A DNA stretch of 64,000 bases from Alphaproteobacteria bacterium (GCA_017853315.1 JAFMJW010000004.1:3008-67007), one strand, 5' to 3'. Counted from the stretch's first letter, positions 20,423 to 30,463 are shown. The notes: a model not told the origin generated them from the letters alone. A program made the numbers and translations.

Positions 20423-20545
20423 GCCCCGGAGAATGCCAGCAAACGACAGCATTCGCAAGCGACGGCCGGGCCGGCCGATACGAGAGATCCAGCCCATGCC
20501 CAGGTGCCGGTTGCCGGCACGCCCCTGTGTCTTGCATCGTCGCAC

Positions 20546-20767
20546 GTGAAGACCTCGACCATCACGATCCGCCTCGACGACGAACTCGAGCGCGAGCTCG
20601 ACCGAGCCTGCGCCCGCACGGGTCGGACGCGCAGCGACCTCGCACGGGACGCGCTTCGGCGACAGCTTGCGCTGCTCCGGTTCGAGCGGCTGCGGAAGCG
20701 GACGCTGCCCCTGGCGGAGTCGCAGGGGTATCTGACCGACGAGGACGTCTTCCGCGACGTTTCGTGA
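20546..20767 (+). CDS. CopG/RHH-family antitoxin (VapB-like)
   Basis: TITIRLDDELERELDRACARTGRTRSDLARDALRRQL. Its stop overlaps the PIN gene start (GTGA). Confidence 0.65.
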   Translation: MKTSTITIRLDDELERELDRACARTGRTRSDLARDALRRQLALLRFERLRKRTLPLAESQGYLTDEDVFRDVS

Positions 20768-21345
20768 AGGTCTTCTTCGACACGAACGTCCTCGTGGCGG
20801 CGTTCGCGACGCGCGGTCTTTGCGCGGACCTGTTCGCGCACGTCCTGCTCGAGCACGAACGGATCGTCGGCGAGGTCGTCCTCGACGAACTTCGCGAGAC
20901 GCTCCGCACCAGGATCGAGTTCCCGAAGAAGTCGATCGACGAGATCGAAGCGCTGCTGCGCGAGGCGACCGTCGTCGAGAAGCCACGCAAGCACCTGGGC
21001 TTGAACGTCAAGGACCCGGACGACGAGTGGATCGTGGCCTCCGCCGTTGCCGGTGCTGCGGACGTGCTGGTCACGGGTGATGCAGCCGTGCTCCGGATCG
21101 CGGCACGCTCGCCCTTGAAGATCGCGAGCCCACGCGGCTTCTGGGATCTCCTTCGCGGCCCGGCCCGCGAGCGGCGACCTTCCGTCCGACCAGCCGACCA
21201 TCTCCGCAAGCGGGCGGTCCCGGCACCGAGCCCCCGGCGCCGCCCCCGACCGCGGGCCGTGATAAGCACCGACCCATGCCACCCGGAGGCGACACGCCAT
21301 CCCCCCGGTCCTTCCCCCCGCGGATCGCCGGCATCCTCAACATGA
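20764..21345 (+). CDS. PIN-domain toxin (VapC-like) with an extended low-complexity C-terminal tail
   Basis: VFFDTNVLVAA PIN N-terminal motif with conserved Asp. The ORF runs about 60 aa beyond a normal PIN domain and overlaps the DHPS start. Confidence 0.65.
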   Translation: MKVFFDTNVLVAAFATRGLCADLFAHVLLEHERIVGEVVLDELRETLRTRIEFPKKSIDEIEALLREATVVEKPRKHLGLNVKDPDDEWIVASAVAGAADVLVTGDAAVLRIAARSPLKIASPRGFWDLLRGPARERRPSVRPADHLRKRAVPAPSPRRRPRPRAVISTDPCHPEATRHPPGPSPRGSPASST

Positions 21346-22118
21346 CCGAGGACTCGTTTTCCGACGGCGGCCGCTGGCTCGACCCCGAGCGCGCCTTCGA
21401 GCGCGCGCTCGAACTCGTCGAGCAGGGCGCCGACGCGATCGACCTGGGTGCCGCGTCGAGCCGCCCGGGCGCGATCCCGGTCCCCGCCGTCGAGGAGATC
21501 CGCAGGCTCGAGTCGGTCGTCGACCGGCTGCTCGCGCGCGGCGTGCCGCTCTCGATCGACACGTTTTCCCCCGACACGCAGCGATGGGCGCTCGCGCGCG
21601 GCGTCGACTGGCTGAACGACATCCAGGGTTTCCCCGATCCCGCGCTCGACCCCGAGCTCGCGCGCGCCCGCTGCGGGCTCGTCGTCATGCACTCGGTGCA
21701 GCGCACCGGGCCGGCGACCCGCGTCGACACCGACGCGGACGAAGTGGTGCGCGGCATCGACGCCTTCTTCGAGGAGCGGATCGCTCGCCTGGAAGCCGCG
21801 GGCGTCGGGCGATCGCGCATCGTCCTCGACCCCGGCATGGGCTTCTTCCTCGGTCGCGACCCGGAGCTCTCGCTGCGGGTGCTGCGACGGATCCCGGCGT
21901 TGCGCGCGCGATTCGGGCTGCCGGTGCTGGTCTCGGTGTCGCGAAAATCCTTCCTCGGGCAGATCACCGGCAGGCCGGTCGGAGAGCGCGGGGCGGCGAC
22001 GCTCGCCGTGGAGCTGTGGGCGGCCGAGCACGAAGCGGACTGGATCCGCACCCACGACGTCGCGGCCCTCCGCGACGGGCTCCTCCTCCGGCGCGCCCTC
22101 GACGCGACCCCGCCCTGA
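21276..22118 (+). CDS. folP: dihydropteroate synthase, Sul1/Sul2-like (FolP family)
   Basis: GILNMTEDSFSDGG, SIDTFSPDTQRWALARGVDWLNDIQGFPDPAL, VVMHS, DPGMGFFLG and VSVSRKSFLG blocks. They align nearly residue-for-residue with Sul1 as I recall it. Confidence 0.9.
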   Translation: MPPGGDTPSPRSFPPRIAGILNMTEDSFSDGGRWLDPERAFERALELVEQGADAIDLGAASSRPGAIPVPAVEEIRRLESVVDRLLARGVPLSIDTFSPDTQRWALARGVDWLNDIQGFPDPALDPELARARCGLVVMHSVQRTGPATRVDTDADEVVRGIDAFFEERIARLEAAGVGRSRIVLDPGMGFFLGRDPELSLRVLRRIPALRARFGLPVLVSVSRKSFLGQITGRPVGERGAATLAVELWAAEHEADWIRTHDVAALRDGLLLRRALDATPP

Positions 22119-22217
22119 CCTCCGGGGCCGGGTCGACCCGCCCGGGTCCTTCGAGCTCGAAACCGGTTGCCTTCGTCCCGGCCCGGGGCTAAGGCAGGGA
22201 CCGAAGGTTCTCAGGAG

Positions 22218-24686
22218 ATGGCGCGCACGCGGACCACGCGACGCGCGACCGCCTCCTCCGAGCCGGCGCCCGAACAGACGCCGACCGAACACGCACCGGC
22301 AGCCGTCGAGGCTGCGCCCGTCCCGCATCCGGACGTGGTGGAGGACTGGTCCGACGAGGCCGGTTCGCCCGATGCCTGGGCTCTCGACCTGCCGGGCCTC
22401 GCCGACGACTCGGGGGCAGGCGCGTTCGCGGACGACGGGACACTCGTGCCCGGATCGAGACGCTCGGGGCGTCGCCGACGGCGACGTCGCGGCCAGCGTC
22501 CTGCCGGGCCGGGCAGCACTCCCGCGCATCCGCCGCGCCACGAGGGCGCGGACCGACGGCCCGACCCGAGACCCAACGCAACGGCTGCGGCCCCGGCGGA
22601 TCGCATCTCGCCCGCGGGCGACCCGCCGTCGTCGGCCGACGCATCGCGCCGAGGCGCCGACCCGGGCGAACCGGCCGCGGCGGCGCCCGCCGGCCGTCGC
22701 AAGCGGCCGGCCCGCCCGCCGCGCGAGGAGGCGAAGGCGAAGGCTCCCGTCGCGAGGGCGCGCAAGCCTCGGGCGACGCCGTCGCCCGATGAGGAGTCGA
22801 CGCTCGACGTCGACGCCGACGTGCTCGGCGGGCTCGACCTCCACCTCGACCCCGACCTGACGGAGGAAGAAGAGGACCTCGAAATCCTGGTCGAGGAGCC
22901 GACCGGACCGCGCACCCCGGCCGGCGAGGCCGCGCTGCGCATCGGCATCCGGCGACTCCATCCCGAGCAGGAGCGCGGCATCGCCGCGGTGCTCGACGGG
23001 CACGACGTGCTCATGGTCCTGCCGACCGGGTTCGGCAAGTCGGCCTGCTACCAGATCCCGTCGATGATGCTGCCGAAGCCGGTGGTGCTCGTGTCGCCGC
23101 TGCTCGCACTCATCAAGGACCAGCACGAGAAGTTGCTGCGCTTCGGCATTCCCTGCGTGCGGCTCGACGGCACGATCCGCGGCAAGGCGCGCGAGGCCGC
23201 GTTCGCGCGGATCCGCGCGGGCGGCTCGCTGCTCGTGATGACGACGCCCGAGACGCTCGGCACCCAGGACGCCCACGCGGCCCTCAAGCAGTCGGGCCTC
23301 TCGCTCGCGGCGATCGACGAGGCGCACTGCATCTCGGAGTGGGGCTACGACTTCCGCCCCGCCTACCTGCAGCTCGGCGACCGCCTGCGCGCGCTCGGCA
23401 ACCCGCCGATCATGGCGCTCACCGCGACCGCGACCGAGAAGGTGCGCTCGGACATCGTCCGCTTCCTGCACCTGCGCGACGCGGTCGTCGTCTCGGGCAG
23501 CCCGCACCGCTCGAACCTCGCCTTCGAGGTGCTCGAGTGCCGGGAAGCGGCGCGCATGCGCGCTCTCGCGCGCCTCGCCCAGCGCCTGCGCCGCCCCGGC
23601 ATCATCTACTGCACGACGACCCGCGAGGTCGACACGGTCTACACGCTGCTGTCGCGGCTCGGGATCCCGTCGCACCGCTACCACGGCAAGATGACGGGCT
23701 CGGAGCGCACCGCGCAGCAGGACCTGTTCATGAAGCCCGGGCGTCGCACGGTCATGGTCGCGACCAACGCCTTCGGTCTCGGCATCGACAAGCCCGACAT
23801 CCGCTACGTCGTCCACGGCCAGTCGCCGGCCTCGCTCGAGCAGTACGTCCAGGAGGCCGGTCGCGCGGGCCGCGACGGCGCGCGCGCGAACTGCATCCTG
23901 CTCTTCGACCCCGACGACCGCGAGACCCACGAGGCGCTGCTGTCCCGCTCGCGGCTGCGGCCCGACCAGCTCTACAAGCTCGGCAGCGCGCTCGCGGCCT
24001 GGGGCTCCGAGGGACGCCAGCCGACGGTCGACGCGCTCGCGCTCTCCGCGGACCTGGGCGAGCGCCCGACGAACGCGCTCCTCGTGCCGATCGAGGAGGC
24101 CGGCATCGTCGAGCTCCACGACGACGGCACGGTCGAGACGATGGGCGACCCCGAGGAGATCGAGGCGCGGGTGCGGAGCCTCGCGAGCCAGTTCGCGACG
24201 ATGCGCACCCAGGACTCGCGCCGTCTCGAGACCGTCGCCGAGTACGCGCACACGCCGGAGTGCCGCGCGGTCTTCCTGCGCATGTACTTCGGCGAGGAGC
24301 ACGGACCCGCCTGCGGGCTGTGCGACATCTGCCGGGGACGTCCCGACCGCCCGACGACCTTCTGGTCGCCGATCGCGGCGCCGACTCGACCGGGCAAGAA
24401 GCGCAAGCGGGGCAAGGGCGCGCCACAGGCCCCGGCCGGACGCAACGCCCGGCGGCGCGGACGCAACCTGCGCAACCCGCGCTCCGCGCGCGTGACGCAG
24501 CCCGCGGCGACGCGCGTGCCGCAGGGCTTCTTCACGCAGCCTCCCGGGCCGCGGCCCGCGCCGCAGGCGCAGGCCCCGAACGAGGCGGGAGGCGAGCGCC
24601 GGGAAGGCCGTCGCAACCGCCGTCGCCGCGGCCGGCGTCGGCGCGGACGTCCCGACTCGTCGCCGCCGCAGCAGCCGACGCGCTGA
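22218..24686 (+). CDS. recQ: RecQ-family ATP-dependent DNA helicase with long disordered N- and C-terminal tails
   Basis: PTGFGKS (motif I), DEAHC (motif II), TATAT, and a C-terminal Zn-binding CGLCDIC. AGGAG ribosome-binding site upstream of the ATG at 22218. Confidence 0.85.
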   Translation: MARTRTTRRATASSEPAPEQTPTEHAPAAVEAAPVPHPDVVEDWSDEAGSPDAWALDLPGLADDSGAGAFADDGTLVPGSRRSGRRRRRRRGQRPAGPGSTPAHPPRHEGADRRPDPRPNATAAAPADRISPAGDPPSSADASRRGADPGEPAAAAPAGRRKRPARPPREEAKAKAPVARARKPRATPSPDEESTLDVDADVLGGLDLHLDPDLTEEEEDLEILVEEPTGPRTPAGEAALRIGIRRLHPEQERGIAAVLDGHDVLMVLPTGFGKSACYQIPSMMLPKPVVLVSPLLALIKDQHEKLLRFGIPCVRLDGTIRGKAREAAFARIRAGGSLLVMTTPETLGTQDAHAALKQSGLSLAAIDEAHCISEWGYDFRPAYLQLGDRLRALGNPPIMALTATATEKVRSDIVRFLHLRDAVVVSGSPHRSNLAFEVLECREAARMRALARLAQRLRRPGIIYCTTTREVDTVYTLLSRLGIPSHRYHGKMTGSERTAQQDLFMKPGRRTVMVATNAFGLGIDKPDIRYVVHGQSPASLEQYVQEAGRAGRDGARANCILLFDPDDRETHEALLSRSRLRPDQLYKLGSALAAWGSEGRQPTVDALALSADLGERPTNALLVPIEEAGIVELHDDGTVETMGDPEEIEARVRSLASQFATMRTQDSRRLETVAEYAHTPECRAVFLRMYFGEEHGPACGLCDICRGRPDRPTTFWSPIAAPTRPGKKRKRGKGAPQAPAGRNARRRGRNLRNPRSARVTQPAATRVPQGFFTQPPGPRPAPQAQAPNEAGGERREGRRNRRRRGRRRRGRPDSSPPQQPTR

Positions 24687-24697
24687 AGCGAGGATCC

Positions 24698-25615
24698 GTG
24701 CCGCTGGTCTCGATCGAAGACGGCCGCCTGCGGGCCTCGTTCCTGCCGGAGGCCGGCGCGAGCCTGGTCTCGCTCGAGGCGCGGATCGCGGGCGCGTGGA
24801 CGCCGATCCTGCGGCCGACCCCGGAGGACGCCGTCGCGAGTCGCAACTCGTCGGCCTTCGCGAGCTTCGCGCTCGTGCCCTGGTCGAACCGGGTGCGCGA
24901 CGCGCGCTTCGAGTTCGAAGGCCGCGAGATCCGCCTGCGCCCGAACACCCCCGACGGCCACGCGATCCACGGCGACGTCCGCAAGCGCCCGTGGAACCGG
25001 GTCGCGGCCGACCCGTCGCGCCCCGGCGAGGTCACGTTCGCGTTCGAGTCGTCCGACTTCGCCGACGTGAACTTCCCCTTCCGTTTCGCCTCGCGCCTCG
25101 CCTGCCGACTGCACGAGGGAGCGCTCGAGATGCACCTGTCGGTCACGAACCGCGACTCGGCACGCATGCCGGCCGGGCTCGGCTTCCACCCCTACTTCCG
25201 CCGCTCGATCGCGCCGGGCGAGGAGCCGCGGCTCGCCTTCGAGGCGACCGGCGTCTACCGGGACCTTCTGCCGCGCGAGGCCGCCGGCCCGATCGGCCCC
25301 GGCTTCGACTTCTCGCGCGCGCGGGACTTCGGGAAGGACGTCTTCGACCACTGCTTCGCCGGCTGGAGCGGCACGGCTCGCATCGAGTGGCCGACGAGCG
25401 GCGTCGCGGCGACGGTCTCCGCGACCGAGCCGTTCCGCCACCTCGTGCTCTACGTGCCGGCGGGCGAGCCCTTCTTCGCGGTCGAGCCGGTCTCGAACGC
25501 GAACGACGGCTTCAACCTGCTCGCCCGCGGCGTCGCCGACTCGGGCGTCCGCGTGCTCGCCCCCGGCGAGACGCTCGGGGGAACGGTCCGGATCGCGGTC
25601 TCGACCCCGGGCTGA
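24698..25615 (+). CDS. aldose 1-epimerase family protein
   Basis: GFHPYF motif and HGDV. About 305 aa. GTG start lies 12 nt after the recQ stop. Confidence 0.7.
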   Translation: MPLVSIEDGRLRASFLPEAGASLVSLEARIAGAWTPILRPTPEDAVASRNSSAFASFALVPWSNRVRDARFEFEGREIRLRPNTPDGHAIHGDVRKRPWNRVAADPSRPGEVTFAFESSDFADVNFPFRFASRLACRLHEGALEMHLSVTNRDSARMPAGLGFHPYFRRSIAPGEEPRLAFEATGVYRDLLPREAAGPIGPGFDFSRARDFGKDVFDHCFAGWSGTARIEWPTSGVAATVSATEPFRHLVLYVPAGEPFFAVEPVSNANDGFNLLARGVADSGVRVLAPGETLGGTVRIAVSTPG

Positions 25616-25663
25616 CGCGGGGCCCGGGGGCCCGGAGGCCAACGTGCCCCGGCCGGGATTCGC

Positions 25664-26302
25664 TCAGCGCGCGAAGCCGCCCACGTAGGGCAGCCGGTCG
25701 GCGGTCTCGCGGACCTTCGGCAGCGCGTCGACGAGGATCCGGGTCGCGTCCCAGGTGCCGCGCAGCAGCTGCGTGCGAGCGCCCTCGGGCATCGACACGG
25801 GCACCGACGTCCCGCCGCGGGTGGCCGTCATCGCGTCGAGGTCGACGACCAGGTCCTGCGAGGGGTCCGCCTCGACCGCGCGCTGCAGCGCGGTCACGTC
25901 CGCCTCGCTCGCGGTCACGCAGGGGATCCCCATCGCGACGCAGTTGCCGAAGAAGATGTCGGCGAAGGACTCGCCGACGAGCGCCTGCACGCCCCAGCGC
26001 CACATCGCCTGCGGCGCGTGCTCGCGCGAGGAGCCGCAGCCGAAGTTCTTGTTCACGATCGCGACGCGCGGACCCTTCGCCTGGAAGCGCGGGTCGTTCA
26101 TCGGGTGCTCGATCGGCTTGCCGTCGGCGCCGAAGCGCGCGTCGCGGAAGGCGAGCTCGCCGAGCCCGTCGAAGGTGATCGCGGTCATGAAGCGGGCCGG
26201 GATGATCCGGTCGGTGTCGATGTCGTTGCCCGGCAGCGGGATCGGTCGCCCCGAGACCCGCGTCACGGGGAGGAGCGCGCTCTTCTTCGCCTGGTCGGTC
26301 AT
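25664..26302 (-). CDS. leuD: 3-isopropylmalate dehydratase small subunit
   Basis: DIDTDRIIPARF and NFGCGSSREHAP motifs. Confidence 0.9.
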   Translation of the reverse strand: MTDQAKKSALLPVTRVSGRPIPLPGNDIDTDRIIPARFMTAITFDGLGELAFRDARFGADGKPIEHPMNDPRFQAKGPRVAIVNKNFGCGSSREHAPQAMWRWGVQALVGESFADIFFGNCVAMGIPCVTASEADVTALQRAVEADPSQDLVVDLDAMTATRGGTSVPVSMPEGARTQLLRGTWDATRILVDALPKVRETADRLPYVGGFAR

Positions 26303-26321
26303 GGTCGTCTCCTTCGCCCGC

Positions 26322-27737
26322 TCAGGCCGGGGCCTTCGAGAGGAAGTCGCGGACGTCGACGACCGCGCCCTCGATCGCGGCCGCCGCGACCATCGCCGGG
26401 CTCATGAGCAGGGTGCGGCCACTCGGGCTCCCCTGGCGCCCCTTGAAGTTGCGGTTGCTCGACGACGCGCACACCTGGCGGCCGGAGAGCTTGTCCGGGT
26501 TCATCGCGAGGCACATCGAGCAGCCCGGGAGCCGCCACTCGAAGCCGGCCGCGCGGAAGGTCTCGTGGAGCCCCTCGGCCTCCGCGGCGCGCGCGACCGC
26601 CTGCGAGCCGGGGACGACGAGCGCCTTCACGCCCGGCTTCACGCGCCCGAGCCGCGCGACACGCGCCGCCTCGCGCAGATCCGACAGCCGGCCGTTCGTG
26701 CAGGAGCCGATGAACGCGACGTCGATCTTCGTCCCGGCGATCGCCTGTCCGGCCGCGAGCCCCATGTACTCGTAGGCGTCCTCGACCGTCGCGCGCTCGT
26801 CGGCGGCGAACGCCGCCGCGGCGGGCACCTTCTCGTCGACGCCGATCGCCTGCCCGGGGTTGATGCCCCAGGTGACGGTCGGCGCGATCCCGCCGCCGTC
26901 GATCGAGACGCGGTCGTCGAAGGAGGCGTCGGGATCCGACGCCATCGAGGTCCACCAGGCCTCCGCGCGGGCGAACGCGTCGCCGGTCGGCGAGAACGAA
27001 CGGCCGCGCAGGTACTCGACCGTGGTGCGGTCGGGGTTCACGTAGCCGAGCCGCGCGCCGCCCTCGATCGACATGTTGCAGACGGTCATGCGCTCTTCCA
27101 TCGACATCGCGTCGAAGACCTCGCCCGCGTACTCGTAGGCGAAGCCGACGCCGCCCTTCACGCCGAGCCGGCGGATGACGTCGAGGATCACGTCCTTCGC
27201 GTAGACGCCCGGCCGCAGCCGCCCGGTCACCTCGACGCGGCGGACCTTCGGGCGCTGGATCGCGAGGCACTGGCTCGCGAGCACGTCGCGCACCTGGCTC
27301 GTGCCGATGCCGAAGGCCACCGCGCCGAACGCGCCGTGGGTGCTCGTGTGGCTGTCGCCGCAGGCGATCGTCATGCCGGGCTGGGTGAGCCCGAGCTCGG
27401 GCCCGATCACGTGGACGATGCCCTGGTGGCCGGACTCCGGGGTGAAGAGCCGGATGCCGAACTCGCGGCAGTTGCTCTCGATGGCCGACATCATGGTCTC
27501 GGCCTGCCCGTCGGCGAGCGGGCGCACCTGCGTGTCGGTCGGAATGATGTGGTCGACGGTCGCGAAGGTCCGGTCGGGGAACGGCACGCCCAGCCCGGCC
27601 TCGCGGATCATCGCGAAGGCCTGCGGGCTCGTGACCTCGTGGACCAGGTGGAGGCCGATGAACAGCTGCGTCTGGCCGGACTCGAGCTCGCGCACGGAGT
27701 GCCGTTCCCAGACCTTGTCGAGCAGGCTCTTTCCCAT
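26322..27737 (-). CDS. leuC: 3-isopropylmalate dehydratase large subunit
   Basis: Aconitase-family cysteines (GSCTNGR, CGDSHT). 471 aa. Directly upstream of leuD. Confidence 0.9.
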   Translation of the reverse strand: MGKSLLDKVWERHSVRELESGQTQLFIGLHLVHEVTSPQAFAMIREAGLGVPFPDRTFATVDHIIPTDTQVRPLADGQAETMMSAIESNCREFGIRLFTPESGHQGIVHVIGPELGLTQPGMTIACGDSHTSTHGAFGAVAFGIGTSQVRDVLASQCLAIQRPKVRRVEVTGRLRPGVYAKDVILDVIRRLGVKGGVGFAYEYAGEVFDAMSMEERMTVCNMSIEGGARLGYVNPDRTTVEYLRGRSFSPTGDAFARAEAWWTSMASDPDASFDDRVSIDGGGIAPTVTWGINPGQAIGVDEKVPAAAAFAADERATVEDAYEYMGLAAGQAIAGTKIDVAFIGSCTNGRLSDLREAARVARLGRVKPGVKALVVPGSQAVARAAEAEGLHETFRAAGFEWRLPGCSMCLAMNPDKLSGRQVCASSSNRNFKGRQGSPSGRTLLMSPAMVAAAAIEGAVVDVRDFLSKAPA

Positions 27738-27821
27738 GCCCCCCTGCTACTGGTCGGCGGCCGGGGGCGCAAAATCCGCTGCCCCGGCGCGCCTCCCTTG
27801 CCGCCGATCCGCCGTGCGAGC

Positions 27822-28460
27822 ATGGTGTCGGACATGTCGAGCCAGGCGGACGACATCGTCGCGGTGGGCGGCTCGCTCGATCCCGACACGTTGCTGCGCG
27901 CCTACCGGCGCGGCGTCTTCCCGTGGCCGACCGAGGGACTGCCGCTGCTGTGGTTCTGCCCGCGCGAGCGCGCGATCCTCGACTTCGCGGATCTCCACCT
28001 GTCCCGCTCGCTCGAGCGGGCACGGCGGCGCAGCACGCTGCGCTTCACGATCGACGAGGACTTCGCGGGCGTCATCCGGGCCTGCGCGGCCGCTCCGCGT
28101 CCCGGGCAGGACGGCACCTGGATCACGCCCGCGATGGAGCGGGCCTACCTGCGCCTGCACGGGCTCGGGATCGCCCACAGCGTCGAGGCCTGGGAGGGCG
28201 ACCTGCTGGTCGGAGGCGCCTACGGGGTGGACGCCGACGGCGCGTTCTCGGCCGAGAGCATGTTCCACGCGCGTCCGTGGGCGTCGAAGCTGGCCCTGCT
28301 CCACCTGCTCGACCACCTGCGCGCGCGCGGCCTCGACTGGATCGACATCCAGGTGATGACCCCGCACATGGAGCGCATGGGGGCGAGCCTGGTGACGCGA
28401 CCGGCGTTCCTGCTCCGCCTCGAGCGCACCCGCAAGCGCGGGCTCTGCACCTTCGACTGA
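27822..28460 (+). CDS. aat: leucyl/phenylalanyl-tRNA--protein transferase
   Basis: GVFPWPTEGLPLLWFCP and AESMF motifs. About 212 aa. Confidence 0.85.
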   Translation: MVSDMSSQADDIVAVGGSLDPDTLLRAYRRGVFPWPTEGLPLLWFCPRERAILDFADLHLSRSLERARRRSTLRFTIDEDFAGVIRACAAAPRPGQDGTWITPAMERAYLRLHGLGIAHSVEAWEGDLLVGGAYGVDADGAFSAESMFHARPWASKLALLHLLDHLRARGLDWIDIQVMTPHMERMGASLVTRPAFLLRLERTRKRGLCTFD

Positions 28461-28476
28461 GCCGCGGCGGTCGACG

Positions 28477-28983
28477 TCAGCCGCGAGCGATGCGGCCGAG
28501 CTGCCCCTGGGTGAGCATCCACTCGAGCAGCGCCGCGCTCTCGGCGAGGCGCCCCCCCGCGGTGACGCAGGCGACCGCGCCCTTGCGGAAGTGGACGGCC
28601 ACCCGCCGCGGGTCGCGCGCGAGCCAGAAGGACAAGAGCTCGCCCATGTCGGGCTCGTGCCCGACCAGCACGACCGTTCCGCCCGGGTGGCGCTCGTCGA
28701 GCTCGGCCGAGAGGGCCTCGTGGTCGACACCGCAGGCGAGCGCGTCCCAGGTCCGCACGTCGACGTCGAGCGCCTTGCCGAGGATCTCCGCCGTCTGCCG
28801 GGCGCGCACGAGCGGACTCGACAGCAGGACGTCCGGGCGGACCTCGAGCGTGTCGAGTCCTCGCGCGGCGCGCTCCACCCGGTGTCGCCCCTCCCCGGTG
28901 AGCGCGCGGTCGAAGTCGCGCCCCGAGGACGGGAAGTCCTCCGCGATGCCGTGGCGGACGAGCAGGATGCGGCGCTCGGGCAC
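28477..28983 (-). CDS. sixA: histidine phosphatase-family protein (SixA-like phosphohistidine phosphatase)
   Basis: LLVRHGIAE RHG catalytic motif and a later GHEP. 168 aa. Confidence 0.75.
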   Translation of the reverse strand: MPERRILLVRHGIAEDFPSSGRDFDRALTGEGRHRVERAARGLDTLEVRPDVLLSSPLVRARQTAEILGKALDVDVRTWDALACGVDHEALSAELDERHPGGTVVLVGHEPDMGELLSFWLARDPRRVAVHFRKGAVACVTAGGRLAESAALLEWMLTQGQLGRIARG

Positions 28984-29085
28984 GGCCCGACCCTAGCGGA
29001 CGCGCGACGGCGCCGCCGCCGGGGAGCCGATTCCATGCATTCCCTGCCCTTGTCCCGGGGGGACCGCGCGCGCAAGCCTGCCGCC

Positions 29086-29619
29086 ATGTCGATCCCGCAC
29101 GCGATCCTCGCCGAGCTCGCCCGCGGACCGCTCCACGGCTACGCGGTGCGCTCCCGCCTCCAGAAGCGACTGGGCTTCCTGTGGCCGGTGAACCACGGGC
29201 AGGTCTACGCGACCCTCGGCCGGCTCGCCGCCGACGGCGCCGTGCTGGCGCACGAGCCCGACGATGCAGCGCCGGGCGAGGGCCCGGGGCGCACCTACGA
29301 GCGGAGCGCGGCGGGCGAGCGTCGGCTCGCCGAGTGGTGCGCGAGGCCGGTCGCGCCCGACGGCTCGGGCGGCGAGATCCGCGAGAAGATCGCGAGCGCG
29401 ATCGCGCTCGGCGAGCCGCGCGTCGTCGACGGCTTCCTCGCCCGGCAGGCCTCGTCCTGCGCAACGCTGCTCGACGCGTGCCGCCACGAGACACGCGGCC
29501 GCGACGCGACGACCGAGCCCGCGCGACGGCTGCTCGACCGGGCTGCCCTGCGGCTGCTCGAAGCGGACCTCGCCTGGCTCGAAGCCGTGCGCGAGGCCTG
29601 CGCGACGAACGGGGCCTGA
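29086..29619 (+). CDS. PadR-family transcriptional regulator
   Basis: ILAELARGPLHGYAV wHTH signature. Confidence 0.75.
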   Translation: MSIPHAILAELARGPLHGYAVRSRLQKRLGFLWPVNHGQVYATLGRLAADGAVLAHEPDDAAPGEGPGRTYERSAAGERRLAEWCARPVAPDGSGGEIREKIASAIALGEPRVVDGFLARQASSCATLLDACRHETRGRDATTEPARRLLDRAALRLLEADLAWLEAVREACATNGA

Positions 29620-29649
29620 GACGCCCCGGACGGGCCGCGCGGGTCGGTC

Positions 29650-30324
29650 TCAGGGCGGCGCGATGCAGCGCGGGTCGTCGTGCCGCGCGTCGTTCACCCA
29701 GGTCGAGACCGTGCGCGCGGCCATGCGATCGTCGGGGAGCGGGCCGAGCAGCGGCTGCAGCCGGGCCGGGTCGCGCACCGCGGGATCGAGCCACGCGCCC
29801 CAGGCCTCCTCGGGCAGGATGACGGGCATGCGGTCGTGGATCGGCGCGACCAGCTCGTTCGGCTCGGTGGTGAGGATCGTGCAGGACTCGAGCGGCGGCC
29901 CCTCGGGCGGGCGCCAGCGCTCCCAGAGGCCGGCCATCGCGAACGGGCCCGCACCCCGCAGCGTGAACAGCCAGGGCTGCTTGCGACCGCCGCCGGGCAC
30001 GGCCTGCCACTCGTAGAAGCCGCTCGCCGGGACGAGGCAGCGGCGCTGGCGGAACGCCGAGCGGAAGGCCGGCTTGGTCGCCGCGGTGTCGGAGCGGGCG
30101 TTGATGAGAGTCACCGCGCGCGGCGCCTCCTTCGCCCACGACGGCACGAGCCCCCAGCGCAGCAGGTCGAGGCTCCTCTCGCCCGAGGCCCCTGCCGCCC
30201 GCACGACCGCGACCCGCTGGCCCGGCGCCACGTTGTAGCGCGGCGCGAGTTCCGCGGGCGGATCGACGCCGAAGGCGCAGGCGATCGCCTGCCCCGGCGT
30301 CGTGAGCACGAAGCGGCCGCACAT
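29650..30324 (-). CDS. SOS-response-associated peptidase (SRAP/YedK; abasic-site DNA-protein crosslink)
   Basis: N-terminal MCGRF (catalytic Cys2) and SFYEW-like FYEWQ. Confidence 0.8.
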   Translation of the reverse strand: MCGRFVLTTPGQAIACAFGVDPPAELAPRYNVAPGQRVAVVRAAGASGERSLDLLRWGLVPSWAKEAPRAVTLINARSDTAATKPAFRSAFRQRRCLVPASGFYEWQAVPGGGRKQPWLFTLRGAGPFAMAGLWERWRPPEGPPLESCTILTTEPNELVAPIHDRMPVILPEEAWGAWLDPAVRDPARLQPLLGPLPDDRMAARTVSTWVNDARHDDPRCIAPP

Positions 30325-30463
30325 GGCCCGCTTCCTAGCCCGCCGCGCGTCGGCTCGCGACGGCGCGCCGATCGTGCCAAGTCTCCGGCGCGACCGGCGC
30401 CCCGGCGGGCGGCGACGCGAGGAGGAGGCGCCCGTGCAGCGACGACCCGATTTCCGCGAAGGC

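Noticed and set aside
20562-24302. ORF 20562..24302 (-) of 1246 aa spanning the toxin-antitoxin island, DHPS and recQ
   Set aside because: Arg/Gly-rich shadow frame opposite well-supported plus-strand genes.
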